Assembly: GCF_026278345.1 (NCBI RefSeq)
Contig: NZ_CP111085.1
Span: 4,620,282 to 4,684,281, forward strand
Origin: Tellurirhabdus rosea
Lineage (GTDB): Bacteria > Bacteroidota > Bacteroidia > Cytophagales > Spirosomataceae
DNA: 64,000 bases
Direction of reading: 5' to 3'
Shown: piece by piece, positions 17,888 to 27,562 of the stretch
How positions within the stretch are numbered: position 1 is the stretch's first letter
Layout of the letters: each line of letters begins with the position of its first letter
Translations under genes and position numbers: made by a program
The notes under the pieces: model-generated
Seen by the model: the letters and a program-made list of their open reading frames with translations, nothing else
Told to the model about the DNA's origin: nothing
The model's database searches: none

Positions 17888-19396
17888 ATGCGATTGCTTC
17901 TCCTCTTCCTGTTCGCGCTTGCCACCACCGCGCTTATTCCCCGGAAACCCGCTCCGCCGAAGCCCAAAAACATCATTTTCATTCTGGCCGACGACCACCG
18001 CTACGACTTCATGGGCTTTACCGGGAAAGTAGCCGGACTCCAGACGCCGAACCTCGACCGGCTGGCCCGCGAAGGGGCCCACGTCCAAAACGCCTTCGTC
18101 TCCACGGCCCTCTGTTCGCCGAGCCGGGCCAGCATCCTGACTGGGCAGTACGCCCACACGCACAAGGTGGTGGACAATTTCGCTCCCCTGCCGAAGAACC
18201 TCATCTTTTTCCCGCAATTGCTGCAAAAAGCCGGTTATCAGACCGCTTTTCTCGGAAAATGGCATATGGGAAACACCGACGACGCGCCGCAGCCGGGCTT
18301 TAACTACTGGCTCAGTTTTCAGGGGCAGGGCGTGTATTACAATCCGACCTTTAACATCAACGGCAAACGCGTGGCGCATGGCGACAGCAGCTACACCACC
18401 GAACTGCTGACCGATTATGCCGTTAAATGGCTGGATGGGCTGGACCGTAACAAGCCGTTCATGCTGTATCTGTCGCACAAGGCGGTGCATGCCGAGTTTC
18501 AGCCCGCCCGGAAGGACAAAGGCCGCTACGCCGCCATGCCGATCAACTACCCGGCCTCGTTTTACCTGACCGCCACCGACACCAGCAAACGCTGGGGGCC
18601 GAACCCGCTGGCGAGTCCCGAAACGGGCCTGAAGGCGAACCTGAAGGACATGCCGAACTGGGTCAAAAAGCAGCGCTACAGTTGGCATGGCGTCGATTAT
18701 ATGTACCACGGACAGATCGGTTTCAACGATTTTTACCACCAGTACGCCGAAACACTGCTGGGCGTAGACAACAGCGTGGGGCGCGTCCTGAAATGGCTCG
18801 ACGACCACGGACTGGCCGAAACCACGATGGTCGTCTATATGGGCGACAACGGATTCAGCTTCGGCGAACGGGGGCTGATCGACAAGCGGCACATGTACGA
18901 GGAATCGATGCGGGTGCCGCTGCTGGTGCGTTGTCCGGCCGTGGTCCGGCCGGGGACGAAGGTGGCGCAGGTCATCCAGAACGTGGATATCGCCCCGACG
19001 TTTCTGGCCTATGCCGGACAGGCCCGACAGCCCCGGATGCAGGGCGAATCGTTTCTGCCGCTGTTGCAGGGCAAGGCCGTTCCGTGGAAAGACCGGGCCT
19101 TTTACGAATATTATTGGGAGATCGACTTTCCGCAGACCCCGACCATGTTCGGCGTCCGCACCGACCGCTACAAGTACATCTTCAATTACGGGGTCTGGGA
19201 CGCCAACGAACTCTATGATCTGCAGGAAGACCCGGGCGAGGTTAACAACCTGATTCGCAGTCCACAGCATCAGCAAGTCGCCCAGCAACTCCGCGGCCAG
19301 GTGTTCGACTGGCTCGAATCGACCGGCGGCATGCAGATTCCGCTGAACCGCGTCCGGCAGAAACGCAACGACCATATTTACCGGGGAACGTACTAA
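17888..19396 (+). CDS. sulfatase (formylglycine-dependent; arylsulfatase/N-sulfoglucosamine sulfohydrolase-like)
   Basis: The start is moved to MRLLLLFLFALATTALIP (signal peptide). Motifs ILADDHRYD and CSPSRASILTG (C-x-P-x-R). 502 aa. Confidence 0.85.
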   Translation: MRLLLLFLFALATTALIPRKPAPPKPKNIIFILADDHRYDFMGFTGKVAGLQTPNLDRLAREGAHVQNAFVSTALCSPSRASILTGQYAHTHKVVDNFAPLPKNLIFFPQLLQKAGYQTAFLGKWHMGNTDDAPQPGFNYWLSFQGQGVYYNPTFNINGKRVAHGDSSYTTELLTDYAVKWLDGLDRNKPFMLYLSHKAVHAEFQPARKDKGRYAAMPINYPASFYLTATDTSKRWGPNPLASPETGLKANLKDMPNWVKKQRYSWHGVDYMYHGQIGFNDFYHQYAETLLGVDNSVGRVLKWLDDHGLAETTMVVYMGDNGFSFGERGLIDKRHMYEESMRVPLLVRCPAVVRPGTKVAQVIQNVDIAPTFLAYAGQARQPRMQGESFLPLLQGKAVPWKDRAFYEYYWEIDFPQTPTMFGVRTDRYKYIFNYGVWDANELYDLQEDPGEVNNLIRSPQHQQVAQQLRGQVFDWLESTGGMQIPLNRVRQKRNDHIYRGTY

Positions 19397-19410
19397 TACA
19401 ACCTTTCGGC

Positions 19411-19531
19411 AACGTTAGTAGTTGACAAGAAAACGTTAAAAGTTTAATGTTTAAGGTTTAACGTGACTTTGCCTCTTTATTCTCATTGAGGCGGAGCTAC
19501 GTTGAACCTTAAACGTTAAACGTTAAACTTA
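19411..19531. repeat. composite intergenic hairpin element (aacgttaaa repeats in inverted arms around the core tttgcctc…gaggcggagc)
   Basis: aacgttaaaagtttaatgtttaaggtttaacg … cgttgaaccttaaacgttaaacgttaaac. Short central stem gcctc/gaggc. It fills the gap between the sulfatase stop and the next start. Confidence 0.7.
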
Positions 19532-19536
19532 TTCAA

Positions 19537-20355
19537 TTGCTCAACACAATGAGAACGACGGTATGGCTGTGGGTGTTGATTTGCTCCCAGGTTCTATTTT
19601 TCAGTTGCAGCCGGAAAAATCGCCGCGACCGTTCGGCTGAGCGGGCGGAAAAAGCCGATGCAAAAAGTGAGAAGAACAGCCGGGGCATTGATTTCACGGC
19701 TGTGGGTGCCCAGAATGCCTGGGCGCTGGCAATTGACTTTTCGGGAGACATGGAGTTCCGGCCGGTAGGCAGTTCGGTGGTCAAAACCATCACGCCGAAA
19801 CCCCAGCGGACCACCAAAGGTCGGGGCGTCCTGTTCGACGCCCGGCAGGGAACCCGGCCGCTGCGCGTTGGCATCGAGCCGACGGTTTACCGCGACAAGG
19901 CCTCGGGGCAGGAGTACGCCTACACGGTCTGGGTAGAATCGGGCGGCAAGCGTTACACGGGCGGCGGCGGATTTCTGTACGGTGCCCTGCGGCTGAGCGA
20001 TACCTGGGTTCTGGAAACGTTCCGCGGCCAGCGGATGCGCCCCGAACAGTTTGCCGGACGAATGCCGCGGCTCGAACTGGACGTGAAAGGCAACAACCTG
20101 CGCGGTTTTTCGGGCTGCAACGAAATTCGCGGCAAAGTCAAAGCGGAGGGCGACCGCATCGAACTGGAGCCGAATCCGGCCACGAAAAAATACTGCGCCT
20201 CCAGCTTTGAAGAGAGTTTTCTGCGCTCGCTGCGGGGCGTGACGCTCTACCGGGTCAGCCGCAACCGCCTGACGCTGCTCTCCAACGGCAAATACGTGAT
20301 GACGTTCCGGAAAGAAGGCGGCGAGGAGGAAGACACCCGGCGCGCCGCCCGCTAA
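19537..20355 (+). CDS. META/HslJ-domain lipoprotein
   Basis: Lipobox FFSC. C-terminal region with an HslJ-like FSGCNEIRGKV…KYCASSFEE pattern. 272 aa. Confidence 0.55.
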   Translation: MLNTMRTTVWLWVLICSQVLFFSCSRKNRRDRSAERAEKADAKSEKNSRGIDFTAVGAQNAWALAIDFSGDMEFRPVGSSVVKTITPKPQRTTKGRGVLFDARQGTRPLRVGIEPTVYRDKASGQEYAYTVWVESGGKRYTGGGGFLYGALRLSDTWVLETFRGQRMRPEQFAGRMPRLELDVKGNNLRGFSGCNEIRGKVKAEGDRIELEPNPATKKYCASSFEESFLRSLRGVTLYRVSRNRLTLLSNGKYVMTFRKEGGEEEDTRRAAR

Positions 20356-20481
20356 AACCGCTCACCAGTCACCTGGCGTAGCCCACGGTTTAACGTCCCA
20401 AAACCGTTGAAACGGTTCGGCGATGTACGTATATTTGACCCTCATCGTTCATTTCCCACGGTTGCAACCACGGGCTGATTT

Positions 20482-21738
20482 GTGACATCCCTCTTCGTCG
20501 TATCCGAACACAGCCGCCTTTACCGCGCCGCCGATTTTCCCGGTGCCGAGTGCACGCCGACAGACGCCTACCTGCCGGATGCGGCGTTTACGGCCCTCAA
20601 ACAGTTCATTGCCGGGGCCGACGCCGATTTCGCCCTTTCGTTCGGCTGGCAGCGTGGCCGGGAGGTCATTCGCACGCGGAACTATGTCGGTCTGCTCGAA
20701 ACCCGCGACGGCACGCAGCTCGAAATTCTGCCCAAAGGCGGCGGCCAAACGCCGGAGGTGCTGATCCGGATGCTGCGTTGCCTGCCCGACGCCCCGTTCC
20801 GGCACCTGGCCACGGCCCGCCTCGGCACGGGCCATCTGCCGCTCTGGGAAGTCTTCATTGCCGCTTTTCTGGACGAAGTCGCGGCCGTCGTCGGGCAGGG
20901 CCTGCAGCAGGCGTACACCCCGCGCGACGAAAACGCCCGGTTTCTGCGCGGAAAACTCCGGGTCGCCGGGCAGATTCAGCGGAACGCCCATCATCCCGAA
21001 CGGCTGGCGGTCCGTTTTGCCGACCGGACGCCGGACGTGCCGCCCAACCGCCTGATGAAAACCGCCCTGCTGGCCGTTCAGCCGCGCATCCGGACCGCCG
21101 TTAACCAGGGCCGCGCCCGACAGTTGCTGGCTGCGCTGGATGACGTCACGATGTCGGACAACATCCGGGCGGATTGGCAGAATGCGCGGTCGGCAGGGCG
21201 GTTGTTTTCGCGGTACGAGGCGGTGCTGCAATGGGCTGAAATCCTGCTGCGGGGCCATTCGCTGCTGCCCCAATCCGGGAAATACCTGAATCTGGCCCTG
21301 CTGTACCCGATGGAAACGGTGTTTGAGCATTACGTGGCCGCAGGGTTCCGGCGCTGCCTGACGGCGGGCGAACTGTCGGTGCAGGAATCGTCGCGGCATC
21401 TGGTCGATGAACATGGCGGCGAACGGCGCTTCCGGTTGCGCCCCGACCTGATCTGGCGGCAGGGCGACCGGACGGTGATTCTCGACACCAAATGGAAAAC
21501 ACTCGACGCCTCCAACCCGGCCACCAACTACGGCCTCGACCCCGCCGACCTTTACCAGCTCTACGCCTACGGCAAGAAGTATCACGCTACCGAACTGCTG
21601 CTGCTGTACCCCGCCAACGACACGTTCCGGCAGCCACTGGAGCCGTTCGGGTACGAAGAAAACCTGCACCTGCGTGTCGTGCCGGTGGATTTGCGGAAGT
21701 CGATCGAAGCGACCGTCCTGCAACTGGGGCTGCTGTGA
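20482..21738 (+). CDS. mcrC: McrC-family protein (McrBC restriction system nuclease subunit homologue)
   Basis: N-terminal IRTRNYVGLLETRDGTQLEILPK, typical of the McrBC-component family. C-terminal PD-(D/E)xK-like motifs RPDLIW…ILDTKWK and DLYQLYAY. Compare E. coli McrC IVDAKYYKS and NLYQLMNY. Confidence 0.75.
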   Translation: MTSLFVVSEHSRLYRAADFPGAECTPTDAYLPDAAFTALKQFIAGADADFALSFGWQRGREVIRTRNYVGLLETRDGTQLEILPKGGGQTPEVLIRMLRCLPDAPFRHLATARLGTGHLPLWEVFIAAFLDEVAAVVGQGLQQAYTPRDENARFLRGKLRVAGQIQRNAHHPERLAVRFADRTPDVPPNRLMKTALLAVQPRIRTAVNQGRARQLLAALDDVTMSDNIRADWQNARSAGRLFSRYEAVLQWAEILLRGHSLLPQSGKYLNLALLYPMETVFEHYVAAGFRRCLTAGELSVQESSRHLVDEHGGERRFRLRPDLIWRQGDRTVILDTKWKTLDASNPATNYGLDPADLYQLYAYGKKYHATELLLLYPANDTFRQPLEPFGYEENLHLRVVPVDLRKSIEATVLQLGLL

Positions 21739-21921
21739 GGTTGTTTCGCGCAGATTAGTACTGATTTTAAGCGCAGATTGCCGCAGGGTCAATCAGTGCT
21801 AATTGTCGCTCAAAATCGGCGTCGCAACGGCAAACCGTCCATCTGCGAGAAATACCATCCCAACGCAGTATAGAATTCCTGCTTCGTTCTTTACCCAAGC
21901 ATATATCACCGTTTCCAGCCA

Positions 21922-23238
21922 ATGCCGCTCGTACTCACCTTTCTGGGCATCCTGCTCCTTGTTTTTCTGATTGCCTTCGTTAAACTCGACACCTTTATTT
22001 CCTTCCTGCTGGTCGCCGTCACGCTCGGACTGGTGTCGGGTATGGAAGTTTCGGCCATCGGCAAATCTATCCAGACCGGCATCGGCGGCACGCTGGGCGA
22101 TCTGGTCCTCATCATCGGATTTGGGGCCATGCTCGGGCGACTGGTGGCCGAGAGCGGGGCCGCCCGCCGCATCACGAACATGCTCATCGGCTGGTTCGGC
22201 ATCAAAAATATCCGGTGGGGACTGGCGCTGGCGGGCTTCATCATCGGCATTCCGCTGTTTTACAATGCCGGATTTATCATCGTCGTGCCCCTGATTTTCA
22301 CCATTGCGGCCTCCTCGCGGCTGCCCATGCTGACGGTGGCCGTGCCGATGCTGTCGGCCCTGTCGGTGGCGCACGGGTATCTGCCGCCGCATCCGTCGCC
22401 CGCGGCCATCGCCAACCAGCTCAACGCCGACATCGGCCGGACGCTCATCTATGGCATCATTGTGTCCATTCCGGCCATCGTCATTGCGGGGCCAATTTTT
22501 GGCAAAACGCTGAAAGGGTTCAACCCCAAACCCGACCGGGACCTGTTCAACATCCGCGAAGTGCCCGACCACGACCTGCCGGGGGCGGGCATCAGCTTTC
22601 TGGTGGCCCTGCTGCCGGTGGTGCTGCTGACGGTCTTCGGTCCGCTGAAAAGCCGGTTTGCGGGCGATACCTTCCTCGGCAAAACCGTCGCCCTGGTTGC
22701 CGAGCCGTACATGGGAATGCTGATTTCGGTGCTGGTGGCCGTCTACGCGCTGGGGCTGCGCCGGGGCGACACGATGAAAGCCGTCATGAAACAGCTGGAG
22801 GAGGCCGTAAAAGCCGCCGCGCCGATTCTGCTTGTCATTGCCGGGGCTGGGGCGCTGAAGCAGATTTTCACCGACAGCGGCACCAGCAAATACATCGGCC
22901 AGATGCTTCAGGGCGTTGACCTTTCGCCGCTCATTCTGGGCTGGGCCATTGCGGCCGTTATCCGCGTCTGCGTAGGCTCGGCCACGGTCGCCGGGCTGAC
23001 GACGGTGGGCATCATTCTGCCCCTGATTCAGCAGCAGACCGTCAAGCCCGAACTGATGGTGCTGGCCATCGGCTCCGGAAGCCTCATGTTCTCGCACCTC
23101 AACGACGGCGGTTTCTGGCTGTTCAAGGAATATTTTAACCTGAGTATCAAGGACACGATCAAGACCTGGTCGGTGATGGAATCCATCGTGTCGGTGGTCG
23201 GTCTGGCGGGTGTCCTGCTCCTGAATCTGTTCGTATAA
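21922..23238 (+). CDS. GntP-family gluconate/H+ symporter-like permease
   Basis: Conserved GntP N-terminal pattern (FISFLLVAVTLGLVSGM…IQTGIGGTLG). About 12 TM helices. 438 aa. Confidence 0.85.
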   Translation: MPLVLTFLGILLLVFLIAFVKLDTFISFLLVAVTLGLVSGMEVSAIGKSIQTGIGGTLGDLVLIIGFGAMLGRLVAESGAARRITNMLIGWFGIKNIRWGLALAGFIIGIPLFYNAGFIIVVPLIFTIAASSRLPMLTVAVPMLSALSVAHGYLPPHPSPAAIANQLNADIGRTLIYGIIVSIPAIVIAGPIFGKTLKGFNPKPDRDLFNIREVPDHDLPGAGISFLVALLPVVLLTVFGPLKSRFAGDTFLGKTVALVAEPYMGMLISVLVAVYALGLRRGDTMKAVMKQLEEAVKAAAPILLVIAGAGALKQIFTDSGTSKYIGQMLQGVDLSPLILGWAIAAVIRVCVGSATVAGLTTVGIILPLIQQQTVKPELMVLAIGSGSLMFSHLNDGGFWLFKEYFNLSIKDTIKTWSVMESIVSVVGLAGVLLLNLFV

Positions 23239-23399
23239 GCGAATCGAAACGGACCGGCACTGCCCCGGCAGTGCCGGAAAAAAGCCCGTCGGGCTTCCGC
23301 CGCGGAAGTTAAAAGTGGGTTAATTTGTTAACCATTTGGTTAGTGTTGGGCTGGTTAATAGGTAAGTTTGTAACTTAATATCCTTACACGTCACTTACC

Positions 23400-25793
23400 A
23401 TGAACAGCACATCCAGACCCATCGCTGCCCGGGGCGAACCGGACGGGCTGGAATCGTATCATCTGCTGCTACAGCTCCCGAATCCAATTCTGCTGCTGAA
23501 AGGGGAGGCGTGTATTATTACCCTTATCAATCAGCCGCTGCTGGACGTCTGGGGCAGGACCCGCGAGGCTGTTCAGGACAAGTCCTATTTTGAGGTATTC
23601 CCCGCCCGCCGCAGCGGCCTGGAAGGCGAGTTGTTTCGACAAGTACTTGAGACCGGTGAGCCGGTGGTGCGGCCGGAGGTAGACGTGCCGGTACAGCGCA
23701 ACGGCCAGCCGGACACCGAAATCCATAAGATTGTGCTGACGCCGGTCCGGGACAGCGCCGGGAAGGTCGTCGGGATTCTGTGCGCCGGCTATGACATCAC
23801 CTCCGAAGTACAGCTCCGCCAGAATGCCGAAGAACGGGAACGGCTTCTGCAGCAGACCAAAGACCAGCTGGATGTGGCCATCAACGCCGGTCGGGTCGGC
23901 GTGGCGCACTGGGACGTTCAGCAGAACATCATCACCTGGAGCCGCGAACAGGAAGCGATCTACGGCCTGGAAGAAGGCGAGTTCGACGGCACCATGGAGC
24001 ATTTCATTCAGTTTATCCTGCCCGAGGATATGCCCGCCATTCAGGAGGCCAATGAAAAGGCCATCACTGAAAAAACGGACTACAAGGTTCAGTTCCGCAT
24101 CCGGCGAAAAGACGGCGCCATCCGGTGGGTCGAGAGCCGCAGCCGGAACCTCTACAACGAAGCCGGTGAACTGGTGTACGTGACGGGCACTAATACCGAC
24201 ATTACCGAACAGACCGAGGCCGCCCGGCAGCTGGAACTCCGGGAGGCCCAGTTTCGCAGTACGTTCGAAAACGCGGCCGTCGGCATCGCCCACGTGGGCC
24301 TGGACGGCAACTGGCTGGCGGTCAACGACCGGCTTTGTCAGATTGTCGGCTACACCCGGGACGAACTCCTGCGGTCCAGCTTTCAGGAAATTACCCACCC
24401 GGACGATCTGCATACCGATCTGGAATATCTGCACGACGTGCTGAAGGGCAAACGAGCGACCTATTCCCTCGAAAAGCGCTATTTCCACAAGAACGGAGCC
24501 CTGATCTGGATCAATCTGACGGTCGCCCTGATGTGCCACCCCGACGGCTCGCCCGCTTACTTTATTTCGGTGGTCGAAGACATTTCGGCGCGCAAAAAGG
24601 CGGAAGAAGCCCTCAGGGAAAGCGAAAACCGCTTCCGGCTCATCGCCGAAACGCTGCCGCAGATGGTCTGGATGGCCGACGCCAACGGCAAGCCGGAATA
24701 CAGCTCGAAACAGTGGGAAAGGTATTCGGGGCTGCCCACGCTACAACCCGGAAACTGGCAGAAAATCCTCCATCCGGATGACCAGCCGATGGTGGCAGAG
24801 AAATGGGCCGCCGCCTGGGCGAAGGGGGAGGGGTTCGTTTACGAAGCGCGGCTGCGCCACCACAGCGGACAGTACCGCTGGCATCACTGCTATGCCTTCC
24901 CCATCCGGGACGCGGAGGGCGTGATCATCAAATGGCTGGGGGCCGACGCCGATATTCACGACCAGAAGTTGTTTGCCGAGTACCTCGAACAGAAGGTGGC
25001 CGAGCGCACCCGCGAGCTGCAGCAGGCCAACAGCGAATTGCTCCGTTCCAACGAATACCTCCAGCAGTTTGCCTACGTGGCTTCCCACGACCTGCAGGAG
25101 CCGTTGCGCAAAATCCAGTCGTTCGGCGATATTCTCGAAGCCCGGTACGGCGAGCTGGTGGGCGAGGACGGCCGGACCCTGCTGAGTCGGATGCAGGCCG
25201 CCTCGCAGCGGATGTCGGAGCTGGTGCGCGACCTGCTGACCTATTCGCAGCTGACGACCCGGCAGCGGCCTTTCCGGTCGGTGTCGTTGCGGCAGGTGGT
25301 GGACGGGGTGCTTTCTGACCAGGAGCTGCGCATCCGCGAGCTGGCCGCGCAGGTCGAGCTGGCTCCGCTGCCGGAGATTCACGGCGATGAGATGCAGATG
25401 CAGCAGTTGTTTGGCAACCTGATCGGCAACGCGCTGAAGTACGTGCTGCCCGGCGTGCGTCCGCACGTCACCATCGCGTGTGAGCCGGTCGCCTTTGCCG
25501 ACATTCCGGCCGAGGTGCTGCATTCGTCGCTGGTGTCGCCCGACGCCCACGAGGACCAGCACACCCAGACGTTCTACCGGATCAGCGTGACCGACAACGG
25601 CATCGGTTTTGAGGAAAAGTACCTCGACCGGATTTTCCAGATGTTCAGTCGGCTGGTGGGCAAGACCCAGTACGAAGGCAGCGGCATGGGGCTGGCGATC
25701 TGCAAGCGGGTGGTAGACAATCACCACGGCTACATCACGGCCCACAGCCGCCCCGGCGAAGGGTCCACGTTTGTGATTTATCTGCCGGTTTGA
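23400..25793 (+). CDS. multi-PAS/PAC sensor histidine kinase (cytoplasmic, orphan)
   Basis: Several PAS/PAC repeats (e.g. WIN/WVE motifs). H-box FAYVASHDLQEPLRKIQSF. HATPase_c G-boxes (DNGIGF…GSGMGLAI). Confidence 0.85.
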   Translation: MNSTSRPIAARGEPDGLESYHLLLQLPNPILLLKGEACIITLINQPLLDVWGRTREAVQDKSYFEVFPARRSGLEGELFRQVLETGEPVVRPEVDVPVQRNGQPDTEIHKIVLTPVRDSAGKVVGILCAGYDITSEVQLRQNAEERERLLQQTKDQLDVAINAGRVGVAHWDVQQNIITWSREQEAIYGLEEGEFDGTMEHFIQFILPEDMPAIQEANEKAITEKTDYKVQFRIRRKDGAIRWVESRSRNLYNEAGELVYVTGTNTDITEQTEAARQLELREAQFRSTFENAAVGIAHVGLDGNWLAVNDRLCQIVGYTRDELLRSSFQEITHPDDLHTDLEYLHDVLKGKRATYSLEKRYFHKNGALIWINLTVALMCHPDGSPAYFISVVEDISARKKAEEALRESENRFRLIAETLPQMVWMADANGKPEYSSKQWERYSGLPTLQPGNWQKILHPDDQPMVAEKWAAAWAKGEGFVYEARLRHHSGQYRWHHCYAFPIRDAEGVIIKWLGADADIHDQKLFAEYLEQKVAERTRELQQANSELLRSNEYLQQFAYVASHDLQEPLRKIQSFGDILEARYGELVGEDGRTLLSRMQAASQRMSELVRDLLTYSQLTTRQRPFRSVSLRQVVDGVLSDQELRIRELAAQVELAPLPEIHGDEMQMQQLFGNLIGNALKYVLPGVRPHVTIACEPVAFADIPAEVLHSSLVSPDAHEDQHTQTFYRISVTDNGIGFEEKYLDRIFQMFSRLVGKTQYEGSGMGLAICKRVVDNHHGYITAHSRPGEGSTFVIYLPV

Positions 25794-25878
25794 GGGTGCC
25801 CGGAGGCGAGCGTTTCGATGCCCGCTAAAACCCGTTTTGCCGGTTCGTCGGGACCGGGATGCCGGATGCGAGCACGGC

Positions 25879-26868
25879 TCACCCCACCATATCCGCCAGT
25901 CCTCGGAACAGGTTCAGCGGGTACTCTGCCCAGCGATTGCACAGATACAGATACCATTCTTTGCCATACACGACGTAGATTCGGCACTTATAGCCTCTGT
26001 CCCTGTACAGGCCAAGCTCTTCGTTGCCGATGCCGAGCAATCGTTCGAGAACATAGTTGGTCGGTCGATACGTATCGATCAGCGAAACGGTCGCTTCGTG
26101 GATTTTCTCGTGGTGGGAGGCAATGGAGCAGGGATGATTTTTCGACAAGAGCTGGTCGACATAAGCCAGATAACTGTCGTCGAGTTCAGGACCTCTCGGC
26201 ATGGAAGCTCCCACCGGCGTATTGTACGCTCCCTTCACCAGGCGGATACTCCCCGGCAATTGAACCAGCTCCTTGAAATCGTCCTTCGTTCGGAAAAGGT
26301 ACGCCTGCAGGGTAATGCCCAGATTGGCATGGGTTTTCAGCGTTTCTTTGTAAAGATCAAGGATGGCGTCGGTCCGGTCGGTGCCTTCCATGCTGATGAT
26401 GACCTCCTGTCCGGCCTGGGCCGCTTCAAGGCAGATTCGTTCGAGGTTCTGCCGGGCCAGTTCCTTCGATACCAGCAAGCCGATATGCGATAAGTCCAGC
26501 GATATGGACGAGTGGAGGTTCCCGGTGCGCACGGCTTTCGCCAGGTTCACAAATTCATCCGTGGCGTCGCTGGCCTCTTTTTCGTTCCGGATGCTCTCGC
26601 CCATGTAGTCCGTGGTTACGGAAAAGCCAAGACGATTCAGGTTTTTTATGGAAACAACCGCTTCCTCCAGCGATTCGCCGCCGATGTAGCGGTCCGCGGC
26701 CTTTTTCAGCGTTTGGAAAAGTTTGTCGTTGGTTAGCAGAAAGCGTTTGGCTTCTTCATTTAAAGCCGCTTTTTTCAAAGCTTCTGCCCCGATCTGTAAT
26801 AAGTTATCCACCTTTCGTTCAGCGTTAAAAGTTAAATGGCCTTGCCTAGAGTGCATAAAGATACGCAC
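25879..26868 (-). CDS. proline dehydrogenase (monofunctional PutA-type)
   Basis: RYIGGESLEEA. DYMGE. LQAYLFRT. RLVKGAY. RIYVVYG. Collinear with Bacillus/Thermus proline dehydrogenases from memory. Confidence 0.85.
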   Translation of the reverse strand: MRIFMHSRQGHLTFNAERKVDNLLQIGAEALKKAALNEEAKRFLLTNDKLFQTLKKAADRYIGGESLEEAVVSIKNLNRLGFSVTTDYMGESIRNEKEASDATDEFVNLAKAVRTGNLHSSISLDLSHIGLLVSKELARQNLERICLEAAQAGQEVIISMEGTDRTDAILDLYKETLKTHANLGITLQAYLFRTKDDFKELVQLPGSIRLVKGAYNTPVGASMPRGPELDDSYLAYVDQLLSKNHPCSIASHHEKIHEATVSLIDTYRPTNYVLERLLGIGNEELGLYRDRGYKCRIYVVYGKEWYLYLCNRWAEYPLNLFRGLADMVG

Positions 26869-27100
26869 GTCGCGCCGCCCTGAGGACGCTACGTACCCGA
26901 GGCAAGTTATGTCGACGCGGTAAAACCGGGCCTGAGGGCTGTTGAGAATGCGTCATCCTCACGCCCGGCGTCTTCCCAAACTTCCCCCTTTTGTCTATCT
27001 TCACCCGCCCGAACCAACGGGTCCCGGTTTCGAGCCGGGTGCTAAACTATCCGAAAATTAGTATCAATCAAACGCCCGGAATGCCCTTCCGGGTTACGAA

Positions 27101-27562
27101 ATGACTCCCGAACAAGCTTTCGCTGCCCTCAACCTTTCCCTGCCGCCCGCACCGAAACCGATGGGCGTGTACAAACCCTGCCTTATCGTCGATAACTTCA
27201 TTTACGTCTCCGGCCACGGGACCGTCAAGGACGACGGCAGCCGCATCATCGGCAAAGTCGGCGTGGATATGGATGCCGACGAAGCCAAACTCGCCGCCCG
27301 GCAGGTCGGGCTGGCCATTCTGTCCACCCTCAAAGCAAATCTGGGCAGCCTCGACCGCATCAAACGGGTCATCAAGGTCCTCGGCATGGTCAACGCCACG
27401 CCGGATTTTGAGCGCCACCCGTACGTCATCAACGGCTGTAGTGAGCTGTTCCTCGCCGTATGGGGCGAAGAGGCTGGCGTGGGCGTCCGCTCCGCCGTGG
27501 GCTTCGGCTCGCTGCCCGAAAATATCCCGGTCGAGATCGAGGCGGTGTTTGAATTAAATTAA
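27101..27562 (+). CDS. RidA/YjgF/L-PSP family enamine/imine deaminase
   Basis: 153 aa. YVSGHG. C-terminal RSAVGFGSLPENIPVEIEAVFEL pattern typical of RidA. Confidence 0.85.
   Translation: MTPEQAFAALNLSLPPAPKPMGVYKPCLIVDNFIYVSGHGTVKDDGSRIIGKVGVDMDADEAKLAARQVGLAILSTLKANLGSLDRIKRVIKVLGMVNATPDFERHPYVINGCSELFLAVWGEEAGVGVRSAVGFGSLPENIPVEIEAVFELN

Noticed and set aside
15742-17890. Mobile element or genomic island call for the low-GC segment.
   Set aside because: There is no integrase, transposase, tRNA target or flanking direct repeats. I report it as a compositional island only.
21745-21815. Imperfect palindromes (cagattagtactgat / atcagtgctaattg) upstream of the GntP permease as an operator.
   Set aside because: It is plausible, but the symmetry is weak and no adjacent regulator gene is present. 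This is too speculative to call.
26985-27060. tRNA-like T-arm motif (cccggtttcgagccggg) in the ProDH/RidA divergent region.
   Set aside because: No matching acceptor stem, D-arm or anticodon arm can be built around it. It is probably a small hairpin, not a tRNA.
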